A stretch of 10,605 nt of DNA, from assembly GCA_905250115.1 (NCBI GenBank), contig CAJNOI010000024.1, positions 14,641-25,245 on the forward strand. Direction: 5' to 3'. The notes beneath the pieces are model-generated. The model did not search any database. It had not been told where the DNA came from and saw nothing but the letters and a program-made list of their open reading frames with translations. This document shows, in pieces, positions 1 through 9,569 of this stretch (its first letter is position 1; each line of letters starts with the position of its first letter). The DNA comes from Adineta steineri. Taxonomy: Eukaryota. The translations under genes were made by a program, and so were the position numbers.

Positions 1-1
1 T

Positions 2-3000
2 CACCATTATTTTAATGATTTCCGTCAAAAGCCATGCCCCGATCTTTTAAATGAGATAGAGTCTCGGAACTCTTTCGGTGTAAAGTTTGCTACTCGCTCA
101 CCGGCAATGAATGATAGCATAAGCCGAATTCGAAACCAGGCAGCACAGGACATGGAGAATAAAATCAACGAAGTGAACAATGCAAAACAAAAATATACAG
201 AGCTAATGGTAAAGGTATACAGTTCTTCTTGTGAATTTCGTAACAATCGTCACTGGAAAAAATGTCCGCGATGTAAAATTCTAAAACAAGCAAACGCAAT
301 TCAAGTGAAAATTTTCGAATGTCCAATGCCATTGAAATGCGAGAGCGCATTAGCTGTTATTTTTGAATTACAAATGCCTATTGAAATCAGATGTTATCGA
401 GAAATTCTTTGGCAATTTATAAATCGTGCTCAGACAAAACCAGGAAGATCCATGTATGAGTGGTTAAATATCTCTCCTCACGATAATAAACTGGAATGGT
501 TTAATATCGCTCCTAAAAACTGTCAAGTTCAATTAGTATCACCTACCAAATCTATCACTCAAACCCATTATTCCTCCCCGCCATCGATTCAGTCCACACC
601 TGTCGGAGATTTTTTATTTGAAAACAGCTTAACTGTTGAAATTTCGCCAGTTAATCCGATAGAATTCGAAGATGAGTGCTGCATATTAACACCTCAACTC
701 GATCATCCAGATTACGAACAGTTGAAATTTACATTAAACACAACAGAATTCATACAAAATCATGTTATCGCTCAACTTTCTGATTGTTCTGCACGATTAA
801 AACCATCACAGTTTGTTGAATTCGGCTCGTTTCGATCAGGACATCGTTTGCAATGGTGGAATCTTTTAACAATTTTGGAAATGGACTCTTTATCAATTGC
901 TGAAGAAAGTGTAGCAATACTAATTATACATTCAATATTACAGCATGGACCATTGACAGCCGATAACAGTACATCGTCTACAGCCTGGTGTCCAGAATCT
1001 CATGAACAGTTATTAGAAGATCATTTTATCGATGAGTTAATAACAAGACTAAATCGTCGTTTAGATGATTGTGAATCAAATTGGCAGAATGACTTAGTCT
1101 TGATGGTTATTACAGTTATTACAATGAGAATATTAACTATTTGTAATTCAACCAAAGAAAATCAAGTTGCTCGTTTGGCTAAAAAATGTCGTAAAATCGG
1201 TGAAAAATGGATTGATCTGATTATAGAATCTATTCAAACTGTATCTCCATTAGCATTTGATGAAGTAGAAAATCTTCGTCTTAAATTGATAAACGTTGGC
1301 GTTTGCTCTATTTTAACATTTTCAGCGGCCGGAGGTCGAATTCGTTATGTATTGTCATCGAATGAGCATATCGTATCTCTACTCAAAGCAGCAACTACTG
1401 TTCATGATAATATTATTTTAAGCAAACAGCAATCTAATATGAGTACTTTTATGGTAAATATGATGAGATATAGTGAACGTGTTTTAGTAAGGATACAACC
1501 AATAGTTGCAAAATTTCTTCAAAAAACAGCATATCAAGGTTTAAACGAGTTTGTGGTGACTTATTGGGCAATTTTGAAGAGAGAAGGTATTATGAATGCA
1601 AAATGGAAAAAACGAACAAAATATTCATTTGATGGTTGGTACGATTGTCAATATAAATCAAAATATATATCAATTGATTGTATTAAAGGAACTCTTTTAA
1701 TCGACGGTATGACTATTGGATTTTTACCTGAGAAAATTATCTTCAATGAATTATTTATACGTGTATTCGGTCAACATATCTTTGAAGTTCAAGCTGCAGA
1801 GTCACCAAATACTTATATAACGAAGCATTCGTATCATGGTGATGAAAGAGTACTATATGAATTTTGTTTCAACGATCAAACTAAAGATTTAATAATTAAA
1901 GAACGACACATGCAGACCAACAATATATTTCAATTGATTTCTCAGAAATATTTCGAGTCTGAACTACCAGATATGTTTGTCTCTAATTATAGTCATTGGT
2001 TAAGCATAGAAGATCAAATCATCGAGTTTCGACCTGTTTGTTTTAAAGATATGAATTTTTTAAAAGATAAACCCTATATCTTAACAATGAATGCAGGATA
2101 TATTACTACCGAGCAGACTGGAAATATGCAACGTCTAATCAATCAATCATCTTCATTCTTTCAAGATTTATTTTTACGATATTTTAGTCGTCTTGACGAT
2201 AAGCCCTATGTTTACATGATGCGAGTTCTTGGTTCTCAGGCGAATGGAGTCATTTCTATCTATTTATCTCGTTTAATGATTGCTTTTCAATACAATACTG
2301 AAACGAACATAATTACGTCTCGTGAATATCCAGATATGTGTATCAATGACGATCAGTGGTTCGGAACATTAAACGGTTTAACATCTGGTCTTCTCTTATC
2401 ACCATTGCCCGTTAACAATCATAAATTCAATCATTATCCATCCCGGAAGTTAATTGTACCTTTCGGAAAGATTCATAGTGAAGAGACTCAGTACAATAGA
2501 CATCAAACTGTTACAATACAACGAACTACTTCATCAAAAGAATTTCTTCATCATTATTTTGTTTTTATTTTGAACGATCGATTACGCATACTGCAATCAA
2601 ATGATAGCCCAACAGGATGGCTCTACTTGGCATTATTACATGCAATAACTTCTCATCCTTTACCGGATCAATATACTGGAATGACTGGAATGGAACGTGC
2701 TTTCCAATTGTTAAATTCACCTGGTTGTTCATCTGATCAACCTTTCGATACTCTTTCTTTACATATACTGGGTCAAATTGCATCTATTTCACCAAAAGTC
2801 GATTATTATCCAGAACACTTCACGTGTATGCAAAAAATAGATTGGAATTATAATGGTTTACCATATTCTATGCAACATTTCGGCTATTATTTGATAGCAA
2901 AAAATCTGATAGAAGCTACTCAACAACTAGATTTTATGTATTCATCATCGATTTCTAATGAAATACCAAAAATATTCGAAGGAAAACTATACAATGAAAT

Positions 3001-6000
3001 ATTATTAAAAAAACTGTACTGGGACTATCGAGACTCATATAATCCCATGGCCAGATTATCAACAGACATGGAGAATGAAATATTGCGTACTATTTCATCA
3101 AAACCGCATCATTCGACGCTAGGATATTATTCACATAAGGCTAATTATCCTGTTGCTTATCTCGTAAAGGATTTATATAGTAAAGGAAATATAAATCTTA
3201 AAGACTATTCAAACCAACATTGGCTACCGCTGTCGCAATGGCTAACTGATGAAAATCAGCTAAAAAATATTTGGGTTGGCTTGTTAAAATTGGCTGATTA
3301 CTGCAAAGATCAAATGATCGAAGGCAACACAGATAAAGCTGAACGTTTCGTAAAATTATTAAATTTCCTTCGTTATATTTCCAGAAACAGTAAGACTCAG
3401 CCATTTTATTTACAAATGCTAAAAACAGTGTTAAAAGTACCAAGCATTTCATTCAGAACACTAATGTTTCCACCATTTGGTGAATATCAAAATATCGAAG
3501 AAATTTCAGTTGTGAAAAACCGTATTATCTTTACAAGAGCACATACGAAAATAGTAAAAAATCAAATCTCAGCAGAAATCGAGGGATGCTACAAAACAAA
3601 TTGTTTTTATCAAGATAACAATAACCTGTTCACGTCTACTGAAATAAATCGAATCAACTCATTACTGAGATCATGGCGATCTAATAAAAATCTTCAATCT
3701 TTTTTAAACAGCGTTCAGAATTGTATTTGTGCAGTTCCCATACAACCATTCCAAGCGAAAGTATCATATAATCCTCAACAGTTTACACATGAACTATCGA
3801 AAGATCATCACCAAATACAGTTCAATATTATCTCAAGTTCAATTGATGAAGAACTATTATCAAAAGCAGAACAAAAGTTTCATAAACCTTATTCAGGCCA
3901 TTTCAACAAACAAAATATATCTTTGAAAACTACCGATCGACAAAAGGAATTTCCAAATCAAATTTTTCCCTTTATCGACAGTCAAGACAATCCTCTTAGT
4001 AAAATTGACAACTATTTCAAAAATCAATTAGCTAAAAGTTGGGATAAATTTTTATTAGATGAACAAATACAAAAAGAAGATCCTTCAATTGAAGAAATCA
4101 ACAAATTTCTCAATTCTGTCCGACAAGAGTCTACACAGTTCTGGAATGAATTAGTTAAATCCATTATAGTATCCAATGAATTGTTATTCACAACAGGCGT
4201 AGCATCACGAATTATACCGACAATTCTCATCTCTAGCCTCCAACAAAAAAACTCACATTCTATAAATTCTTTGGCATTTGATTTAAGCAAAGAACAATGC
4301 ACACTACTAGGCGGAACTCTTGTTAATTGGATATTAGAACAACAAATGGAAAAAGCCTTGTATTTTGTGATCAATAACAAAAATGACGACTTTGAAAAGG
4401 AATTATCGAATATACCTCATTCAAATTGGACACCATCCGAGCATGTACATTGGTTAATCTTGGAATTGGAAATGAATATAATCATCCGAGATATTCAAAT
4501 AAAAGTAGCACATCACATGATGCAATTAAATGAGACCACAAATGGCTCAGCGGTAAAAAATATAGTGATGCAAATGAATATGGGTGAAGGAAAAACATCA
4601 GTTATTTTGCCAATGTTGGCTGTTAGTTTATCGTCAACTAATACTAGTTTAGTTCGAATCGTTGTGCTTAAGTCATTGTTTCCAACGAATCATCAATCAT
4701 TACGATGTAAATTAGGTGGTTTATTAAATCGACGTATATTTCCATTCGCATGCCGTCGTGATATGAATTTTAATAATAAACAAATAAATCAGATCTCAGA
4801 TCGTCTTAAGCAAGGATTACGTAATTGTGATGTGATATTGACATCACCAGAAGATATTCTCTCCTTTGATTTACTTACTATAGATAAATGTAGACGAAAT
4901 GAATTTGATATTAGTCGTTCAATGTTAATAGTTCAACGATGGTTAAGAACATTTGTACGAGATGTATTAGATGAATCTGATGAAATTTTACATGTTAAAT
5001 ATCAGTTGATTTATACTGTTGGTGATCAGCAACAAGTTGATGGAGGAGCGGAACGATGGAAAACTATTCAATCAATACTTGAATTAGTCAAAAAACATGC
5101 TGCTACTATTTCAGATCATTTTAGTAAAGAAATCTGTTATAAACCATCACCGCGAAAAAGTGCATTTCCAGAATTTCGTTTACGATCACATCCTCCATTT
5201 TCACTATTATGTGAAACTATAGCTAATGATTGGATTGAGAACAGAAATTATCGACATACAGAGAGACAGATTATTTTATCGTTTATATTAAAATCAAATT
5301 CATCGATTGATGATCTAATAGATAAATTTCCACATTATGATGTTCAACTGTTTCTCATCATTCGTGGTTTGTTATTATCAGAAGTTTTGCTAGTTGCTTT
5401 GAAAAAGCGATATCGGGTTAATTATGGTATTACTCCAGATCCTTCGTTTAATCGTTTAATGGCTGTACCTTTTCGTGCAAAGGATGTCGCAGCTGATAGA
5501 ACTGAATTTGGACATCCTGATATTGCTTTAGTATTAACACAACTCTCTTATTACTATTCCGGTTTAACCGACTCACAATTGATTCAATGCTTCAATCGAT
5601 TAAATGAAAAAGAAAGTGATCCTGCAACTATTTACGAACAATGGATTCAATATGAAGGTCAAGATGAGGTACATACAAGTATTAAACAATGGAAAGGAGT
5701 TAATTTACAAGATTATCAACAAAAAACTCATCATCTCTTTCCAATTTTACGATATAATATGTTGGTAGTTAATTATTTTCTCAATCATTTTGTATTTCTT
5801 CGAGAAGCAAAACAATTTCCTAATAAAATCGTATCATCTGCTTGGGATTTGTCTTCATCGTTACGGTCGAAAATTATAACTGGATTTAGTGGTACCAATG
5901 ATACACGATTATTATTACCTATTGATATTCGCCAACACGATTTACCTGAACTGCAAAAAACAGATGCCATTGTTGTTAACAACTTAGTACAAACAGAAAA

Positions 6001-7744
6001 TGAAAGTTATCAATCTTTGCGAATTAATGCTACTTCCGACAATATTTTAAAACGAATTGTAGGTTATAAAGAAAATATTAATGTCATTTTAGATGTTGGA
6101 TCATTGTTTGTCGACGGAAGCAATCGAGATATTGCTGTTAAATGGTTGATGCTTTCTAACAAAGACAATATTGATTATGCCGTTTATTTTGATTCAGATG
6201 CAATTGTTGTTTGTGATCGTCAATTTCATCATCATCGATTTGAAACGTCTCCTGCAAGCGAACGATTAGATCATTGTGTATTTTATTTAGATGAGATTCA
6301 TACGAGAGGAACTGATTTTAAATTTCCGAATGGATTTAGAGCAGCTGTAACATTAGGAAATGATTTAACAAAAGATCGATTTGTTCAGGCATGTATGAGA
6401 ATGAGAGAATTAGGAAATGGGCATGCATTAACATTTTGGAGTTCGAAAGAAGTTCATCAACAGATTATAACATTGAAAGATCAATCGTGGAAAGAAAAAC
6501 ACGATGTAGTTACTGTAAAGGATATTCTACTTTGGGTATATCAAAATACTGTGAATTCAACTTGGGAAGGATTACATCATTGGGCTGCACAAAGTTTAAA
6601 CTTTCAAAGAAAAGTGAAAGCTTTTGGAAAAATTAATTGGCGAAATCAGCAACAAGAGTTCACAAGTACGATAATGAAAGAGTTAGCTACAGAATGTTTA
6701 GAACCAGAAGTAACTGAATTAAAACATATGTATGGTGCACGTAAAGAACTGTGTACGATCGATGATATTTATCTTGTTCGATACCAACCGTTTGATTATG
6801 ATTTATCAATAAAGATTTATCATGCCGTATTAGAACGATTGATAAATTATGGTGGAACGAAACAACGTCTAACACAGTTATTAGATGATGAACAGCAACG
6901 AGAATTAGAACATGAATTAGAAGAAGAGCGGCAATTTGCCCGTCCGTCGCCTACTAAGCCTTGCAATCCTATACTGCATAAGGAAATCAAACAGTTATGT
7001 AATACACATGATAATATATTAGAACTAAACCAACTACGTAATGTATTCCAGCCCTTACCGTACGCCTTCACGAACACTACATTTTCCATTGATTGTCAAC
7101 CAGACATTTGGCACAAGAATTTATGGGTTTCCACTGAATTCCAAAGAGTAATTCTAACCAAAGAAGAATCATTAAATCCCTTCTTACGTCCTCCACGATG
7201 GATTATTGTCTATCGAAATGAACATATTATTTTTATTAGTGCTTTTGAAGCCAATTGGTTGATAGATCGTTTGAAATCTAGTCAATCATCGATCACCACA
7301 TTACGTTTATTGTTACCTCGTACTAAGCGAATTCAATCAATTTTTGTCAATACTCCTACTCTTATGATTCCTGCATCAATTAGACACCCTGATGAAACTA
7401 TTCATTATAACATATCACTAGAATGGTTAGTTCAATTATTCATCTTTAATGGAACTCTTTATTTCAAAACAGAAGACGAGCAAAAAGCCTATTGTGAATG
7501 TTTAGGTTTATGTTCTAAGCCTCGAGCAAAAAAAGAAGAAGAAGCCTTTGAAAAAGGCTGGATTGCTATTGACGGATTTGTCAGTGATCTACAACATCGG
7601 CTTTATTTACAAATTATCCAGGCTCGATTCAAATCAAATCCACTAACATTTGTGAAAAACTTGATTGAAAATCGAAGTAATTTACATGCACCCATAACAT
7701 CACATGTTGGTAGTATTATTTTCAATTCGCAAAAACTCATCTGA
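2..7744 (+). CDS. Giant DUF3638/DUF3645-family protein, helicase/SecA-like ATPase motifs, 5'-partial single long exon
   Basis: Uninterrupted frame. The ORF track gives 107..7744 (2545 aa), but the same frame has no stop back to position 2 and reads HHYFNDFRQKPCPDLLNEIESRNSFGVKFATRSPA before M107. Family-typical segments: QMNMGEGKTSVILPMLA, LDESDEILHVKYQLIYTVG, LMAVPFRAKDVAADRTEFGHPDIALVLTQLSYYYSGL, FYLDEIHTRGTDFKFPNGFRAAVTLG, VQACMRMRELGNGH. Stop TGA at 7742-7744. Confidence 0.93.
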   Translation, partial: HHYFNDFRQKPCPDLLNEIESRNSFGVKFATRSPAMNDSISRIRNQAAQDMENKINEVNNAKQKYTELMVKVYSSSCEFRNNRHWKKCPRCKILKQANAIQVKIFECPMPLKCESALAVIFELQMPIEIRCYREILWQFINRAQTKPGRSMYEWLNISPHDNKLEWFNIAPKNCQVQLVSPTKSITQTHYSSPPSIQSTPVGDFLFENSLTVEISPVNPIEFEDECCILTPQLDHPDYEQLKFTLNTTEFIQNHVIAQLSDCSARLKPSQFVEFGSFRSGHRLQWWNLLTILEMDSLSIAEESVAILIIHSILQHGPLTADNSTSSTAWCPESHEQLLEDHFIDELITRLNRRLDDCESNWQNDLVLMVITVITMRILTICNSTKENQVARLAKKCRKIGEKWIDLIIESIQTVSPLAFDEVENLRLKLINVGVCSILTFSAAGGRIRYVLSSNEHIVSLLKAATTVHDNIILSKQQSNMSTFMVNMMRYSERVLVRIQPIVAKFLQKTAYQGLNEFVVTYWAILKREGIMNAKWKKRTKYSFDGWYDCQYKSKYISIDCIKGTLLIDGMTIGFLPEKIIFNELFIRVFGQHIFEVQAAESPNTYITKHSYHGDERVLYEFCFNDQTKDLIIKERHMQTNNIFQLISQKYFESELPDMFVSNYSHWLSIEDQIIEFRPVCFKDMNFLKDKPYILTMNAGYITTEQTGNMQRLINQSSSFFQDLFLRYFSRLDDKPYVYMMRVLGSQANGVISIYLSRLMIAFQYNTETNIITSREYPDMCINDDQWFGTLNGLTSGLLLSPLPVNNHKFNHYPSRKLIVPFGKIHSEETQYNRHQTVTIQRTTSSKEFLHHYFVFILNDRLRILQSNDSPTGWLYLALLHAITSHPLPDQYTGMTGMERAFQLLNSPGCSSDQPFDTLSLHILGQIASISPKVDYYPEHFTCMQKIDWNYNGLPYSMQHFGYYLIAKNLIEATQQLDFMYSSSISNEIPKIFEGKLYNEILLKKLYWDYRDSYNPMARLSTDMENEILRTISSKPHHSTLGYYSHKANYPVAYLVKDLYSKGNINLKDYSNQHWLPLSQWLTDENQLKNIWVGLLKLADYCKDQMIEGNTDKAERFVKLLNFLRYISRNSKTQPFYLQMLKTVLKVPSISFRTLMFPPFGEYQNIEEISVVKNRIIFTRAHTKIVKNQISAEIEGCYKTNCFYQDNNNLFTSTEINRINSLLRSWRSNKNLQSFLNSVQNCICAVPIQPFQAKVSYNPQQFTHELSKDHHQIQFNIISSSIDEELLSKAEQKFHKPYSGHFNKQNISLKTTDRQKEFPNQIFPFIDSQDNPLSKIDNYFKNQLAKSWDKFLLDEQIQKEDPSIEEINKFLNSVRQESTQFWNELVKSIIVSNELLFTTGVASRIIPTILISSLQQKNSHSINSLAFDLSKEQCTLLGGTLVNWILEQQMEKALYFVINNKNDDFEKELSNIPHSNWTPSEHVHWLILELEMNIIIRDIQIKVAHHMMQLNETTNGSAVKNIVMQMNMGEGKTSVILPMLAVSLSSTNTSLVRIVVLKSLFPTNHQSLRCKLGGLLNRRIFPFACRRDMNFNNKQINQISDRLKQGLRNCDVILTSPEDILSFDLLTIDKCRRNEFDISRSMLIVQRWLRTFVRDVLDESDEILHVKYQLIYTVGDQQQVDGGAERWKTIQSILELVKKHAATISDHFSKEICYKPSPRKSAFPEFRLRSHPPFSLLCETIANDWIENRNYRHTERQIILSFILKSNSSIDDLIDKFPHYDVQLFLIIRGLLLSEVLLVALKKRYRVNYGITPDPSFNRLMAVPFRAKDVAADRTEFGHPDIALVLTQLSYYYSGLTDSQLIQCFNRLNEKESDPATIYEQWIQYEGQDEVHTSIKQWKGVNLQDYQQKTHHLFPILRYNMLVVNYFLNHFVFLREAKQFPNKIVSSAWDLSSSLRSKIITGFSGTNDTRLLLPIDIRQHDLPELQKTDAIVVNNLVQTENESYQSLRINATSDNILKRIVGYKENINVILDVGSLFVDGSNRDIAVKWLMLSNKDNIDYAVYFDSDAIVVCDRQFHHHRFETSPASERLDHCVFYLDEIHTRGTDFKFPNGFRAAVTLGNDLTKDRFVQACMRMRELGNGHALTFWSSKEVHQQIITLKDQSWKEKHDVVTVKDILLWVYQNTVNSTWEGLHHWAAQSLNFQRKVKAFGKINWRNQQQEFTSTIMKELATECLEPEVTELKHMYGARKELCTIDDIYLVRYQPFDYDLSIKIYHAVLERLINYGGTKQRLTQLLDDEQQRELEHELEEERQFARPSPTKPCNPILHKEIKQLCNTHDNILELNQLRNVFQPLPYAFTNTTFSIDCQPDIWHKNLWVSTEFQRVILTKEESLNPFLRPPRWIIVYRNEHIIFISAFEANWLIDRLKSSQSSITTLRLLLPRTKRIQSIFVNTPTLMIPASIRHPDETIHYNISLEWLVQLFIFNGTLYFKTEDEQKAYCECLGLCSKPRAKKEEEAFEKGWIAIDGFVSDLQHRLYLQIIQARFKSNPLTFVKNLIENRSNLHAPITSHVGSIIFNSQKLI
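4449..5060 (+). other. DUF3638-like region with Walker A-like GEGKTS (4583-4600) and Walker B-like DESDE (from 4970)
   Basis: Motif reading in frame: MNMGEGKTSVILPMLA, VILTSPEDILSFDLL, VLDESDEILHVKYQLIYTVG. Boundaries are approximate; family recognised from recall, not from a search. Confidence 0.8.
5441..5563 (+). other. DUF3645-like short domain
   Basis: In-frame PSFNRLMAVPFRAKDVAADRTEFGHPDIALVLTQLSYYYSG, matching the characteristic MAVP(Y/F)RAKD...EF(S/G)HPD...LSYYY pattern. Boundaries approximate. Confidence 0.75.
6290..6424 (+). other. C-terminal helicase-like motifs DEIHTRGTDF and QACMRMRELGNGH
   Basis: D2062 of the M107-numbered protein starts DEIHTRGTDFKFP; Q2094 starts QACMRMRELGNGH. 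These resemble motif V (RGTD) and motif VI (QxxxRxR/G) of SF2/SecA ATPases; the functional assignment is inference. Confidence 0.55.
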
Positions 7745-7769
7745 TCTTACTTAGACAGACTGGGTGCTC

Positions 7770-7775
7770 AATAAA
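7770..7775 (+). promoter_or_regulatory. Polyadenylation signal AATAAA for the giant gene
   Basis: AATAAA 26 nt after the TGA stop, followed by an A/T-rich stretch at 7785-7810. Confidence 0.65.
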
Positions 7776-8259
7776 GATATGTCTTAAAAATACTTATATA
7801 TTTTTTTTTCAAGTTTAGACTAACTTCTAGCAGTAAAAAAAATAAAAGCTGCAAGTTTTAAAAGAAATCTTGAATTTTTTTATTGAATCAAATGTCACGA
7901 ACTCAGCTTGTAGCATGAAAACAGTTGTGCTAATTGTGATTAATTTCACTATGAATGTAGAAGAGCTTGAACTAAAGAGTTCGATGAAACTTGAAGCCAC
8001 AGCGAGGAATGGATGTGGGTATTTCGTTCATTCTACCTTCATACCTTGTGGATACAATTTGCACTGTTTTCTCAAATAAAAATCTTCTTTTTTTCGCAAC
8101 ATGCAAAGCTGAACATATTCCTTAGACAACTGTTAATTATTCTAAGCCAGAATTAGCTGATGATTCTGCAGCTAAATTTGAGATTAATTATTTCGATATT
8201 TACGGATAAAGATTTATAAGACCTTACTAAAATTATGGCCTATTTCAAATTAAGCGCGT

Positions 8260-8305
8260 GGGTATGGATGTAGTTTCTCCTCTATCCTCATTTACATCTA
8301 CACCC
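8260..8305. repeat. Small imperfect inverted repeat
   Basis: GGGTATGGATGTA (8260-8272) versus TACATCTACACCC (8293-8305): 13-nt arms with 2 mismatches and a 20-nt loop. Confidence 0.35.
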
Positions 8306-8670
8306 CTTTCAAGTCTTGAGGCAGCCCATCTACTGATAGAAATCTCATATCGAAATCTTTTTATAATCTAAAGAGATTCTCTCATTAGACAGGAATGAAC
8401 TCTTGTTGTCGTTTTTTTAGAACTTAACCTTACAAACAAAACATGAAAGTTAATGTTTTTATGTGATTGTAAGATCAGCAATGATGAGGGTGAGGATAGT
8501 GGTGAGTATAATATTCACCTGACATCCTCCAAGATAGTTACAACCGAATGTTTTCTCGATCGATTGACGCCGGTTGAATGTAAAATGTGTTGAAGAAGTG
8601 AGTGTGGATGCAAATAATGAATGAGAGAAATACGCACACTCACACTCTGAGTTGATGACGTGTTTCTTGC

Positions 8671-8676
8671 TTTATT
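8671..8676 (-). promoter_or_regulatory. Candidate polyadenylation signal AATAAA for the LamG gene
   Basis: Plus-strand TTTATT at 8671-8676 reads AATAAA on the minus strand, about 200 nt downstream of the LamG stop codon. Confidence 0.45.
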
Positions 8677-8871
8677 TATATATCACGCATTAAAATTGTA
8701 TATTTAAGCATACAAATAAGCGAATAAAGAAAATAAGTAATAGAAAAGAACATAATGCACGACAGCAGAAATATATTATAATGTGTTAATAATCGAAAAT
8801 CCTGTTATTCTGTGTTTGAATATCATAACCAAAGTACATATGCAAATAATATAAGACGATAATGAGAAAAC

Positions 8872-9569
8872 TTATTGATTGGCAAGTGCACTGACATCCA
8901 ATGAAGTAAGCTCACGATTATAAACTCTAAACTCATCAATAGCTCCCATAAACTGTCCCGGATTAATGTTACCAGCCGCGCATGGACTCCCTTGCGTTCC
9001 ATAATAAGCAAGGTGTATATAATCTGTTACACCACTAGCTGTATAACTTGTGGCACCTGTTGATCCAAACAATGTTCCGTTAATGTATAAAGTCACTCCG
9101 TTTGTAGTGCTGTATGTTTCTACTACATGTGTCCATACGTTCAAATTAATAGTGGGTCCAATAACAGCAACTGTAGCAGAGTTATATACTTGAGCAATAA
9201 GTTTACCACTAGAGTGAAATCCGATAAATGCTACACACCAAATTGTTGTCCCGTTACTGTAACCATTTGGTCCAACCGATATATGAACGATAGTACCACC
9301 AGTGACTGATATAGGTTTCATCCAGAATGAGAAAGAAAAAGATTGATTAGATGTTCCTAAAGCAACTAGACCACCAGTATAGAAATATGAAGCATTTGAA
9401 TTAAACAACAAAGCTTGATTAAGGTGGCCACTAACAGTAGTCACATTGCCAACTAGAGTTCCATTAAGATGATTTGGACCATTGTCAAATGTAGAACCAA
9501 AATCGAATGAATAACAGGCAACCAAACCAGTAGTATTTAGTGCGTTACAGCCATTTTTATAAGCAGTAG
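8872..9569 (-). CDS. LamG-like / concanavalin A-like jelly-roll domain, terminal exon
   Basis: In frame: TAYKNGCNALNTTGLVACYSFDFGSTFDNGPNHLNGTLVGN...ITLNVWTH-type segment...GVTLYINGTLFGS...GQFMGAIDEFRVYNRELTSLDVSALANQ*, the classic LamG_3-like C-terminal pattern. The track starts at a TTG (9525), which is not a real eukaryotic start. The frame continues upstream to a candidate acceptor ...TAACTGAATTGCGTACTTTTAG|CTACT, with the exon beginning at 9569. Confidence 0.82.

Noticed and set aside
3729-6636. Plus-strand overlapping ORFs 3729..3926 and 6391..6636
   Set aside because: Alternate-frame readings inside the giant ORF with no domain signal; consistent with chance.
25-7089. Minus-strand ORFs opposite the giant gene (25..246, 165..350, 2565..2783, 3198..3452, 4024..4380, 5785..5982, 6687..6875, 6847..7089)
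   Set aside because: All are short, lie antisense to a well-supported coding frame, and their proteins show no recognisable domain; several depend on non-ATG starts.
8260-8305. Inverted repeat as a MITE or transposon terminal repeat
   Set aside because: Arms are short and imperfect, the loop is 20 nt, and no target-site duplication or element body is evident; recorded only as a low-confidence repeat.
8597-8643. GTGAGTGTG (8598-8606) with CACACTCAC (8635-8643), a possible hairpin
   Set aside because: Only 9 bp with a 28-nt loop in a GT/CA-biased stretch; expected by chance.
8823-9309. ORFs 8823..9011 (-) and 9127..9309 (+) overlapping the LamG exon
   Set aside because: They overlap a recognisable LamG-like frame and encode nothing recognisable.
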